Made by a program: the position numbers and the translations under genes. The notes below the pieces were generated by a model. It was given only the letters and a program-made list of their open reading frames with translations. It searched no databases and was not told the DNA's origin. A stretch of 64,000 nt of DNA from Octopus sinensis (lineage: Eukaryota), in NCBI RefSeq assembly GCF_006345805.1, contig NC_043007.1, positions 44,454,001 to 44,518,000 of the forward strand, in the 5' to 3' direction. Each line of letters opens with the position of its first letter. Within the stretch, counting starts at the first letter, position 1. Below, piece by piece: positions 23,269-35,083 of this stretch.

Positions 23269-26200
23269 TTAGGAAGATGGATACGTTAGGAGTTCAGAAC
23301 TTACCCGAAAAACTTGCACAAACCTTGCTGGCCATCGAACTGTTCTTCCTGATTTGGTGTGTCGGGGTTGTGCAGCATCTGTGGTGTTCGCTGGAGTTGC
23401 CGAGTCTGTTTGAGGAAAAGAGGGGACTGAATGTAAGTCCTCCTCGATGAAAGCTTTTTTTAAACGATCAATCGAGACCGTTTTCGTTTACCTCCAATAT
23501 CGAGGACGAAATACTTGGGTTCTCTTTTGATGACCTTGTAGGGCCCGGAATATGGTGGTCGAAGTTGAGAGGGTATCCCATCATTCCTCACGAAGACATG
23601 AGTCCATGTGTTGATATCTTTTGGGACACGTGAAACGACGTTCTGTTGTCTGGGGCCTGAGGGTGATACTTGCGACATGGATGTTCGTAATCGGTGCACA
23701 TATTGTTGTGGGTCAGGGAAGTTTTGTGAAACAGGTTCGATCATCTGCCCAGGTAAGGTGAGTGTTGTGCGATAAACGAGTTCGGCCGGAGTATATCCCA
23801 GTTCTTCCTTAATCGTGGATCGAATTCCAAGGAGGATGAGAGGGAGATGTTCCAACCAGTGAGAACTGTCTGGAGCTGCTTTTATAGATGCCTTGAGTTG
23901 GCGGTGAAAGCGTTCCACCATGCCATTTGCTGCAGGGTGGTAAGCTGTAGTGCGGGTGTGTTTACACCCGAGGAGACGAGTCAGCTCGGTGAAAAGGTGG
24001 GAATCGAACTGACGTCCTCTGTCGGTGGTAATTGTTGCGGGTGTGCCAAAACGCGAAACCCATTGTGATATCAGCGTTTTAGCGACCGTTTCTGCTGATA
24101 TATCAGATAGGGGCCAGGCTTCGGGCCATCGCGAGAACCTATCTACGCAAGTTAGCAAATATGAATAGTTCTGCGAAGGTGGCAGGGGTCCAACGATATC
24201 AATGTGAACGTGCTGAAATCGTGCATCGGGCTGCGAAAATGAACCGATTGGTGATTTTATGTGCCGGTGGATTTTCGCTTTTGGCACGCAACACAGCACT
24301 TGGTCCATTCTCTGATATCCTTGTTGATACTGGTCCACACAAAACGGGTCGATATTAGCTTTTGAGTGGAGCGAATACCAGGATGTGACAGAGAATGTAG
24401 AGCGGAGAAAACTTCTCGACGATATTTCTGTGGTACATAAGGGCGTTGGTAACCAGTGGAAATATCACACCAAATATGGGCTGTGGATGATGGTAGTGGA
24501 ACATGCTGAATTTCAGAGATGACGAATTCCGGAGCTTTAGAAGTTCTTCGTCATTCTCCTGGTCAGCTGCTATACGTGCCAGATCAATTGTAGACGTGGT
24601 GTGGATAGCATTGATCTGCGCACGTGAAAGTGCATCGGCTGCCACGTTGGTCGTCCCTTTGATGTGGCGTATATCCGAGGTGACGAATTTCTCTCGGCGA
24701 ATGGCGATCCGGTTTGGTGTTAAATGCGTATACTAATGGCTTGTGGTCGGTATATATGGCAAAATTGGTACCTTCTAGCATATGACGGAAATGCTTAACG
24801 GCCAGGTATGCCGCCAATAATTCCCGACTGAATGTGCTGTATTTGGTTTCCGCGGGTTTTAACCGCTTAGAAAAGAAAGACAACGGTTGCCATATACCGT
24901 CAACAAGCTGTTGTAGCACACCTCCGATTCGGAATCGGATGCATCAACGAGTAAACATCGTGGGGCGTCTGGTTTTGGATAAACCAACATGGTAGCGCTA
25001 GATAACGCTTTTTTCAGGGCAGCGAAAGAAACGAGTTGATCTTCGGTCAGAGCTATATCTGCGTTTTTGCAGGTTCGCTGACGTAGCAAATCCGTGAGCG
25101 GTTGCGCTATTTCAGCGAGGTGGGGCACGAACCGTCGAGAAATTCGCTAGACCGAGATATTCCCTTAATTTGCGGAGAGATGTGGGTGGTGGAAAATCCA
25201 CGATGGCCTTGACTTTCTCGGGAAGGGGACGAATTCCATTTTTATCGACTATATGGCCGAGAAAATGAAGGGAAGCAACTCCGAACAAACATTTGGTAGG
25301 GTTGATAACAATTCCAAATTGACGTAGTCGTCCGAATAGCAGGTGAAGGTGTTGATTATGCTCTTCGTCCGGAGTTACTGGCCACGAGTATGTCGTCTAT
25401 GTAGGCATAGACGAAAGGCAAACCTCTAGTCACCATGTCGATAAACCTTTGGAATGTCTGTGCCGCGTTTCGTAAACCGAAAGGCATACGCAGGAATTCA
25501 AACATTCCGAAAGGTGTAGTCACTGCTGTCTTTGAGATGTCTGCAGGTTCGACTGGGATTTGGTTGTATGCTCGCACCAGGTCGATTTTTGAAAAGATGC
25601 GAGCTCCATGCAGCGAGCACGAAAAGTCCTGAAGAAAAGGCACCGGATAGGCATCACTGATAGTGCTTTATTCAGTGATCGATAATCGCCGCAAACCCGC
25701 AATCGGTCGATGATTTTTTTGGGACGCAGTGTATCGGCGAGGACCAGTTGCTGCTGGAAACGCGGATGATTCCGAGGTCGAGCATGTGCTGGAATTCCCG
25801 CTTGACGGCCTGGAGACGATCAGGTGGTAACCTTCTGGGCCTTGCAGCAACAGGTGGACCGCTGGTTTTTGTGGGGGTAACGTCGTGCTTTATCGGCTGG
25901 TTATGAAAAACTGGCCGGGCGACATCTGGATAATCATTCAGGATGGAACTGTGACGAGTCGTTGTCGTAAGCATTACAGTTGGGCTGACTGTGTCCATTC
26001 GAGCGGCTATACCGCGCACAGTAAGCTTGGTGGTGGTGTCGACAAGTCGTCTGTTCTTTATGTCTACCAGGAGACCGAAATGATGCAGGAAATCGGCTCC
26101 TAAGATAGGGGTCGGCAGTTTAGCGACGACGAATACCCACTGAAATGTGCGCGTAGTCCTATGTTTAATGTTAGGGACTGTTCACCGTAGGTTGGAATGG

Positions 26201-26402
26201 GTGAATGGTTGACTGCCTGAAGACAGACTGATGTCTCTTTTCTTTTTCCAGAAGTGTTGGAGACTGGGATGATGCTGACTTCCGCACCTGTGTCAACCAG
26301 GAAACGCGTGCCTGTTACACGATCGCAAACGAAAAACAGGCGACTGTGTGGGTGCGAACCAGGAACTTCCGTCGCGTTCAATTCCTGGCTGTGCCGTTTC
26401 CC
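23269..26402 (-). pseudogene. pol: Gypsy pol (protease, RT, RNase H, integrase) broken by multiple frameshifts
   Basis: FLVDTGAEVS (PR); [34 protein letters not shown] (RT); RELLAAY, YTDHKPL (RH); [33 protein letters not shown] (IN); spread over at least 7 ORF pieces. Confidence 0.93.
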
Positions 26403-27253
26403 GAACTGGGTGAGGAAAACGAGCACGGTACCGTACATTTTTGTGCCCGTGTTCCGAATGTTCGGTGGTACCAACACGTGTCATGTGAGTTTCGGGTAGC
26501 ACTGGGGCTTCGAGACCGTCTGCCATCTCGTCGAGATCGGCTGGTGCTTCGACGCTGGGGACTAAACTTTAGGGCTTGTATTTGGGCTGTGAGAATTTGT
26601 ATTTGCGCAGCTTGCTGCGTCATTAATGCACGCAAATCCGAAATCTCTGAAGAACTGGTTTGTGCACGGAAAGGATTGGTACTGGGAGCGGCTGGCGTCA
26701 CCGTCGATACCGTTGGATATCTGTGCGGTACTTCGGCTATTTTGTCAGCTAGCTCCGCAAGTTCTTCAAGGGATGTGTTTTCTCTGGTGGACGCGAGAAC
26801 AACCTGGGTATTGGAGGGCAGACGCTGGAGAAAAAGTTGCTTGAAGATTTTTTCTGGGAGCGTCTCATCTCCGAGAAGCTGTTTCATTCTCCGAAGAAGC
26901 TGGGACGGCGTTTTGTCACCCAATTCTTCCGATATCAGAAGCTGGTGAAGTCTTTTTTGTTGGGATTCTGAGGTTCTGTTTATTAACGTGGTTTTAAAAA
27001 CTTCATATGAAACAGAACCGGGTGGTGCCATGATAAGGTCGCGTATCACGTTCGTTATTTCTGGTGACAGAGAACTGATAACGTGAGAAAGTCGAGCCGC
27101 ATCGCTCGATATTCTGTGAGAGGCAAACTGTGCCTCTATATGGTGAAACCACAATGTCGGGTCGTGGGTCCAGAATGGTGGAATTTTTAACGAGATCGCC
27201 GCTTGGAATGCCATGTCGATGTTGGCCGCTGGGTTTTGTTCCGGGAGATTCAT
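26378..27253 (-). CDS. gag: Gypsy Gag, intact 291-aa ORF
   Basis: KIPPFWTHDPTLWF...EELGDKTPSQLLRRM; CWYHRTFGTRAQKCTVPC is the C-X2-H-X9-C-X3-C knuckle of the CsRn1 clade. Confidence 0.93.
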   Translation of the reverse strand: MNLPEQNPAANIDMAFQAAISLKIPPFWTHDPTLWFHHIEAQFASHRISSDAARLSHVISSLSPEITNVIRDLIMAPPGSVSYEVFKTTLINRTSESQQKRLHQLLISEELGDKTPSQLLRRMKQLLGDETLPEKIFKQLFLQRLPSNTQVVLASTRENTSLEELAELADKIAEVPHRYPTVSTVTPAAPSTNPFRAQTSSSEISDLRALMTQQAAQIQILTAQIQALKFSPQRRSTSRSRRDGRRSRSPSATRNSHDTCWYHRTFGTRAQKCTVPCSFSSPSSGNGTARN

Positions 27254-27358
27254 TGTTTTCGTCGGAATTTTCAGTTGCTTCGTTGCTGGTGATGTGCAAA
27301 CTGTAATTCTTCGACGCGGTTGATGAAGCTGGTTCCAGGGAAGGCGCGATTCGTTTTA

Positions 27359-27369
27359 CGGGGTCACCA
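27359..27369 (-). other. Primer binding site (tRNA-Trp)
   Basis: TGGTGACCCCG two bases after the 5' LTR, complementary to the tRNA-Trp 3' end CGGGGUCACCA. Confidence 0.85.
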
Positions 27370-27371
27370 AA

Positions 27372-27956
27372 TGTAGTGGATGCGTGGATGTATTAATAAA
27401 TACATAAGTGCTTTGTAATAAATTAAAGATTTATTATCACTACATCAATTTGTAAGCAATGTTACACATCGCTTGTACAAAATGCATATTAAATAGTGGT
27501 TGCAAATAATACATATTAAAGGAATGCATAATACAGGATACACATTAAAGCAGAATATGTTTGATGGTGTGTGTGTGTGCGTGTGTGTAAATCATGCATG
27601 ACAGAGTCACCTTTCTGATTATTCTTTCGTCGTCCTCATAAATGCGTGGCGTTCTCTTAAACGTTGGTTCGGGTTCTCTCTAGATACCTATTTCTCCGTT
27701 CTATTTATAACATCTCAAATAGCCAGAAAAATAGATATACCGCAAGAGTGTTATTGCGTACAGTAGGTCGCTGGTCGTCCTGTTAAACTTCGCCTGACCT
27801 GCTCGGGTCAGAGGTCGAAGGGAGACGATCCATCATTTTTTGTCAGAACAAAGAGATTCTGATTTCGCGCCTTTTTGTGCATTGGTATTTTACGACCAAT
27901 GATTCTTGGGTCTGATTTCGAATCCAAGCTTTGAGAAGGAAGTGCTAATTCTTACA
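27372..27956 (-). repeat. 5' LTR of Gypsy element
   Basis: Matches 22125-22709. Confidence 0.96.
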
Positions 27957-28099
27957 CATCTAACAAATTCACCCAAAAGGCATTGGGTAGCTCGGGGCTT
28001 ATGTAAAATGCACTTGTCCTGTGTGCCAAAGTGGAACCAACTACAAATTATATTATTACAAAGCAAGCTTGTTAATCACAGCTATATCTGCGCCTATAA

Positions 28100-28730
28100 T
28101 ACATACATACATACATACATACATACATACATGATGGCTGTCCATTCGTTACCGAGGATGGTCATCTCTGACCATTGCTCAATGAAAATCTCAGCAATGC
28201 CCGTGCATGAGTTTATTGCACCTGAGATTGTCTTTATCTGCGCTTGCGCCCATAATTGCCATGCTTTCTGCAATGTCCTCCTGGCTTTGGAAAGACGCTC
28301 TGCTGGCGAAACCTATAAGGCTTGTACAATACCTCTATTGGCATGATCTAGGGACAAGTAAGGGCAAGATATTCAGTGCTAATATGGGTCACAAGCTCAG
28401 GAATGTAGGAACTCCGTGATCCCAAATTCAAGCAAAAGACCCCCAAAATTCTCTGCACATCCGGTTTTATATCAGAGTGACTTTCTCCTAGGGCTATATT
28501 TTAACAAAAGTTGAGGGGTGCTTCACTCTCAATGGTCTTCCAGCACACCGGACAGCAACACAGAACTTCAGAGGGCTCTTGCTATTGCTAGGAAGTCGTT
28601 GAATCTTCACTAGGTTCATCCGTTTTTTAGTCCTACTGTGTTTCTAGCAACCTTCCTCACCAGGAAAACCTAGTGGTGGTGCCGGTTTAACCGCCGCTGA
28701 CCTGACCATAACACACGTTGTAGTAGATGC
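28100..28730 (-). mobile_element. Short non-autonomous element, probably RTE-derived, with (GTAT)n tail
   Basis: Minus strand ends ...gaccatcctcggtaacgaatggacagccatcat followed by (gtat)n, resembling RTE 3' ends; GC-richer structured 5' end; no RT ORF. Confidence 0.45.
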
Positions 28731-28800
28731 CATGTTACCAGTATCACTGATAAAAGACCTCATATGTGACCCGATATCCAGACATTCGGACATAAATGCA

Positions 28801-28848
<48 letters not shown>

Positions 28849-28906
28849 AAGAAAATTGAGATATAGCATTTAATAAAAATTTATTATCTGCAAAAGTCAT
28901 ACATAG

Positions 28907-28991
28907 TCCCTTACAGCTATTTCAATTAAGCCTAAAAGATTAAATAACAATTATTATAATCATTATATTAGGCAAAACCTCTTCAGAGGGG
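28907..28991 (-). ncRNA. Type I hammerhead ribozyme-like motif with long helix II
   Basis: ccct-CTGAAGA-ggtt..gcctaa...ttaggc..aatt-GAAA-tagctg-TA-aggg on the minus strand, near a (TA)n tract. Confidence 0.65.
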
Positions 28992-29927
28992 TCGAAAAAA
29001 GATATGCCGTTAGGTTTTTATGTGTTGTATTTTAGAATCATCGTAACAGACGTCTACTTTGTAGTTTTATTATTTTTAAACAATTTTAATTTAGCTTTAA
29101 TTGTAGCAAGTTTTATAATAATAGTTAATTACAAGTATACTTTTATTAGTTCCTATTTAATAAATCTAATGTTTCTATTAGTTACTAGTAAGTTTACATT
29201 AAAGCTTGTAAGGGTAAATGAGTATGCAGTGTTTTTATTAACTTTTGAATTATGAAATAATGCATTTCAATAATTATATTATATTATATTATTCGTTAAA
29301 TTAAATTCAATCGTGCTTTGTTTTGGAGAGAATTGAAATATAGCTTTCACTTTTTTTTCATTAAAGTAGTCACTATGGAAGACTGGTGGTATTATTTGTA
29401 TGACCTTAAAGATTGAACGCTATTTAGTATATAATTTAGTTATTGTAGGTTTACTCTTAATACCGATACAGAGGTACATAGATTTATGTGTTTCTTGTAG
29501 TTTAATTTGAAAGTTAGCGTTCAATCCTGCCTATATTAAGATTGAATGAATTCGTTATTAAGCTTTCACTTTTATTATACTATGGAAGACTGTAGAGAAT
29601 AAAATGTATGACTTATAGGTTTCGTCGATGTTTAGTTATAAATTTTGAAGTTGGTTATTGATTTACTTTATTGAGTTTATTTACAAATACTGTTGTACAT
29701 AGTGTAAATGTGTTTGAAAATTGTGGTTTCTTTGGTATGCTTGTTCCCAAACAACATTTATTTTAGTGCTGTTGACACTGCCAGATTGAATGGTACTGCC
29801 CTGGTGTCGAAACCATACTGATGATGGAGGTATGTTGGATTGTTGGTATGGCTGTTTGCGTATTGAACTCATTTGTTTTCGTATTTCATATTGTTTACTG
29901 TTGGTGATGTCCTGTACCCATATGCAC

Positions 29928-29993
<66 letters not shown>

Positions 29994-30250
29994 GGAACAA
30001 AAGCGCAATAGAGAACAATAAAACATTCAGACGGATAGATGATACAAAGGCGGACAAGCGAAACAATTAGAAGGACAGACAAAGAAAGACGGGTCATATG
30101 TGGCCTTCTTTCCTCAGTCAAGTACCAGAAGTCACAACCATTTTGGGCAGTTACACTTGAGATGGTTCGATCTGGTTGCCTCCCAAAAAGTCTAAGCACA
30201 CACGCACATCGTACAGTTTCCTATTTCATTAAAGATTTCTATATAAGTGC

Positions 30251-30630
30251 TGGCGTGGCTGCGTGGTAAAAAGTTTGCTTCCCAATCCCATGGTTTCGAT
30301 CCATTACCACTGCATAGCACTCGAGACAAGTGTCTTCTACTATGGTCATGGGCCGACCAAATCATTGTTAATGGATTTGGTAAACGGAAAATGAAAAATT
30401 GGAAAAAAGCCTGTCGTACGAATTATATATATATCTAAGTGTTTGTGTATGCCCTTCACCACCTTTTGACAACCGGTGTTGGTTTGTTTACGCCCTTTTA
30501 AATTAGCGGTTCGGCAAAGAGATAGAATAAATACCAGGCTTTAAAAAAGTACCCCGGTTCAATTCATTCGACAGGCGGTGCACCAGCATTACCGAAATCC
30601 ACTTACTGAAACTAGTAAGGGATAAAATAT
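30251..30630 (+). mobile_element. tRNA-derived SINE (degenerate)
   Basis: A-box-like tggctgcgtggta, B-box-like gtttcgatcc; body and tail shared with many copies in the window (e.g. 48310-48460, 53205-53355, 59778-60005). Confidence 0.7.
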
Positions 30631-32272
30631 GTAGTTTTGAAATTTTCGATAAAACTGGACTTAGTGCGTTGAACATAAAACTTAAAAACTTAAAAAACGA
30701 GTACTAGGGGCGAATTGATTGATTAAACCCGTTGTAGCAGACACTTAAGTGAAAATCTTCTCTTATACATTCTACCGGTTGTGTCTCTCCTTTACTTCTG
30801 GCACTTATACTCATTTATTCTTTTCGTATCTATTGTAATCGACCATGTGATGTACTAAAGGAGCCATTTTCGTCACCTCTTCTTCGCATGGTCGTCTACA
30901 CCCTCAAGGTGGTGCCCCAGTATGGCCACAATCCAATGACTCAAAAAGTAAAAGAAATGAAAAAAGAATAAAGTCTCAAAACACTTAGTCACACAAATAT
31001 TCCCATTTCCTTCTCTTGTAATCCTGACCTTCCTCTCATTATTTACATTTGAAATCTTTCATAATGACTTTCTCCTTTCTTTTCATAAAACAGATCACTA
31101 CTTAGGAATCTTTTACTTTTTTTTCTGGTACACTAACATTACCCACACAAGATTCTCATCTTTCAAGAAATAGACAGCCAAGTCTCACTCTAACTCTACC
31201 CTACCTCCCTTAAAAGAAAGAGAGAAAAAGAAAAATATAGGATAATGTAGTTTTAGTAATTCAAAAGTTGATGGTCTTAGCTTGGAAGCCCTTCATCATA
31301 TCTTCGTGTTCAAGGCTGACTTAAGGCTAAGCAACAGCGTTATCCATTTCATCTGTGTGTTTACGTGTGATCAAGGACGTCTTAGCATACACTAGAGCTC
31401 TATATTTATTTTCTAACAGTAAACCTTAGCATGCATAGATTAGCATTAGTCTCAAGAACAGTAGGGATACCGGGAAACTACCTAGTATGATCATAGCTTA
31501 AGATGGCACTGCGTATGACTGGAGGTTACCACTAATTTTATAGTACATTAAGGACACTGATGTAGTGTTTGAGAATTATTAAAGAAAGGGTTTGAGTACA
31601 TGTGCACGTAGAGGTCAATGACCCAATGACTTACTACTCATGCTACAAAAAAAAAATGCATACATAGCATCAATCCGTTATATAAAAAGGGTGAAATGCT
31701 TTGTAATGTGGCCCTATGTATACTACAAAGGGATCTGCAAGGCTAGAGAAGCCTTCAATCATAGGTCTACTTCATCAGGGTTAACCAGAGGTTAAACAAC
31801 AAGAATATAAGCATTTACAACAACAGCAGCGATATTTTTTTTTATCTTGGTACACTGATAATCAGAGTCGAACTTTGACGTCGATTACAGCAATATTTTG
31901 CATAGTTTTCTCACTTAAGTAAAGAATGTAGTCCAGGTTAAAATATAGGACGTCACGTCCTAACAAGTTGTAAAATATGGAGTATAAAACGAAAATGATA
32001 TTCTTTTTAAAAATCCCCGAAAAGAATATCTAAGAACCTTATATCAACCAAAGAAAGTTTATTAGTGTTTTATAAGAATGTAATAATCTTATTATACAAT
32101 ATTTTATAAGAATATAATAATCTTCTTACACAACTCATCCAAAGGATAAAGTTCATTAAGGGGGAGATAACTCTCATTTCTTGGTCTTAATTGTGTTTAC
32201 ACGTTAGTAGAGCACTTTACAGTTATCGCTCCAAACTACTTTTCGCATAAGCTTCAGCTAAACCCGTTCATC

Positions 32273-32288
32273 ATGGTCATTGCCCGGA
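32273..32288 (+). CDS. ACAA2: ACAA2 coding exon 1 (16 nt, MVIAR)
   Basis: ATG in catcATGG context, donor gtaagt; phase 1 joins exon 2 in frame (MVIARTVKDVFII). Confidence 0.75.
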
Positions 32289-33615
32289 GTAAGTTTTTCT
32301 TTTATATACTTGATAGAGCAATTTGCATTTAAAACACCGGTAAATATCTGAAAATTTACCAAAACACCTTTACATTCGTTGGAAACCAATTATGAAAATT
32401 ATAGTTAAAATTACTTTCACTACTATTAATCATGTTCTCCTTGGTGGGCAGGAAACGTCTTTTATTTTTCTCATCCTGTTTTATCTACGTTTATTTAAAC
32501 TTTTGTTTAAATGTAGCCTAAATATAAACGAATTCAGAGCCAAAGTCCCCTTGAAGAAGTAACCTCAAAGAATCGTATTTTAGTGTTGGTTTAGTTCGTA
32601 GTCGCTTGTAGGCGAAACGGAAAGCGATGGATTGCGTGTTTGATACGTCCGTCAACCCCAGTCACCAACATACACATAAAATGTTTGATCATTGTAACAG
32701 AATCTCAAATATGAAACTAATATTATAGTAGTGACCTTTACGTTGTGAATTTAATATCTCATCGAGGCCAACTAAAATAAGTGTCATTTAATGTACTGGA
32801 TCGATCAAACAGGTTAAATCCATCTTGCTATGTCTATGTTAGAAATTAATATCATAAGGAGAGGAATTACACACCCATCCATAGTCACAAGTTAGCGAAT
32901 TTGTCAAAGTCGAACTCTCTTGAGGGTTGGTCAGTGTTTCCTACTCATTTTGACTTCTTGGTGCTCTGAAGATGAAACACACACACACAGATGTACACAT
33001 ACTATTGGCACAATTCTTATGGAAAGTTAAAAACAATAACAACGTTCTAAATTTCAAAATTCAGAAAAAAACACGCAGAAAACTTTTGCTTTTTTTTTTA
33101 ATTAATCCCTATTTGTGTATAACGAAATTATGAACAGCACGTTTTTTAAGGCATTCACAAGCATTATTATGGCTTTTTCTGAAGCCCTACATTATGGCAA
33201 GATTTGGACTTTGTCCCTCCTCTCTCTCTCTCTGATAATGTGTTTGAGATTACATTCTCCAATGTGTCATTCATTTTCTAAATCACACTGCAGGGCGTGA
33301 TTTAAAGGGGATTTGACTGCTATTTCTAGCAAATTGAATATAATATTTAACAAGAATGTGTATAATAAAAATTAAAATCTATTTTTAAAAGGAAACTATA
33401 GCAGTTGGATACAGTAGCTGCTACGTCCAGTGATAGTTTAGCCTTGCATTTGAAGTGATTGTAAGTTTAGTTGTGTGCTGTTGATGGTTGGAACCATGAG
33501 TGAGGTGTGAGGTTGTTTCCTATTTTCATATCTAACCGAAATGAAAGTAAAACTTTGTAACAGCTTCCACTTAACAAAAGAACAACAAAATTTACTTAGT
33601 TTCTGTTTATGGTTG

Positions 33616-34263
33616 TGTAAGAATTAACACTTCCTCCTCTAAGCCTAGATTCGAAACCGAATCCAAGAATTCTCGGTCGTCCAAACCACGATGAGGCGCA
33701 AAAAAAAGGTTTCCTTTGTTCTGTCTAAAATTGATTGATCATCTCCCTTTGACCTGTGACCTCAGCCATGTCAGACGAATTTCAACCGGACAGGCGTTGA
33801 CCTATTTAGGTACTAACTCTGCTGCAGTATGTCTGTTTTTCTGTCTGTCTGTCTATGTGCACGTTGACATGTCTTATTAGACAGGGAGGAAGGAAATCAG
33901 TTGGTACAATGATTCAGGGAGCGGAGAGCCTACGAGCGGCCGTGACTATCTTCCAGGCCACTGTCTAATATATATGGTACTCTGTCTGTCTGTCTGTATG
34001 TATGCATGCACGCATACATACGACGATGAGGGTTCCTGTTGATCCTATCAATGAAACAGCCCACTCGTCTGTTTGTCTATCTCTTATCCCTCATCTATTT
34101 ATTTGTATGCCTGTCTGGCTGTCTCCATCTCACTCTCTTTCTCTGTCCGTCTGCCTGTCAATCCCTCATTTCTCTGTGTACCGTCTTAAGAAAAAAGAAT
34201 TTTTATGCTGAAACAAAGGAATTCATTTCCTCTAAAGGGAGGGTCTCACTAATTTTCTTCACA
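33616..34263 (+). mobile_element. Diverged solo LTR related to the Gypsy LTR at 22125/27372
   Basis: tgtaagaattaacacttcc...ctttgttctg...tctccctttgacctgtgacc aligns by eye with the reverse complement of the LTR end over about 190 bp; right boundary tentative (…caca, TSD-like gttg/gttc). Confidence 0.65.
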
Positions 34264-35083
34264 GTTCCTTTTTCATTTTTAGTTGCCGCAGAGCATCGCT
34301 CGTTTCTTTGGACACAAGATTTTGCTTCTGTTTAATTTTCTTTAGTGACCGTAATTGTTTCTGTCAACCTGTCATTAGATCCCAGTCTTGAATGTGTGTT
34401 TTAATTATATGGACTCTATCGAATGGGTAGTTAGCCTGTGTTGAACACTTTAAAATTTATACATGGAAACTATAACACATACACACATGTAAGCATGGAG
34501 GTGGGGAAGGCATATGAACCAGGGCAATAGGGATGGAAGAACTGTCCACTTAAATTTGGGCAAAACAGTGAAGAAAATATGGACAAAAGGTGGAATAATC
34601 AGTTAAAAAATTAGTGGTGATAGCAAATTAACTGCCAAATGAAAATTGTCGATAAACAACTACCTTACATTTTTCCCTATTATGTTTTTATTTTCTACTT
34701 TTATGAGTAGTGGAATTAACCAAACACACTTTTTCTCCCCCATCTAACTTCCTGGCTTCACTATATATAATAAATATATTAGTATATTTCAGCAGGTAAC
34801 ATGTCATAGATACCTTCTTTCTCTTCATTGGTCCTCCCATCCCAATGGCTTCATCTTCTGACTTAGAACCAAGACTTCTCCATATTAAAACTTGTACAAG
34901 GGAGTGGGGACTGCTACACAGACTTGGGCACATCTAGATGTCGTGGTAGTGGTGATGGGGGGGGGGGCATATTCGATGTCCTAAGGTCAAATGGTCTTCC
35001 TGTATTGTACCAAAATTTGAAACCATTATTATTATTAATTAGCCAATTAATTCATTTATTATTTATAATTTGTTCATTTTCAG

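Larger units (their letters stand above)
22125..27956 (-). mobile_element. Full-length Ty3/Gypsy LTR retrotransposon, CsRn1-like clade
   Basis: Two 585-bp LTRs with TG...CA ends, 4-bp TSD CATC (22121-22124, 27957-27960), tRNA-Trp PBS, PPT, gag with CHCC knuckle, pol order PR-RT-RH-IN. Confidence 0.97.

Noticed and set aside
26346-26948. 200-aa plus-strand ORF antisense to gag
   Set aside because: No recognisable motifs; expected shadow ORF in GC-richer coding sequence.
32965-32980. CTGAAGA-t-GAAA hammerhead-like boxes
   Set aside because: No room for helix II and no helix I pairing; chance match.
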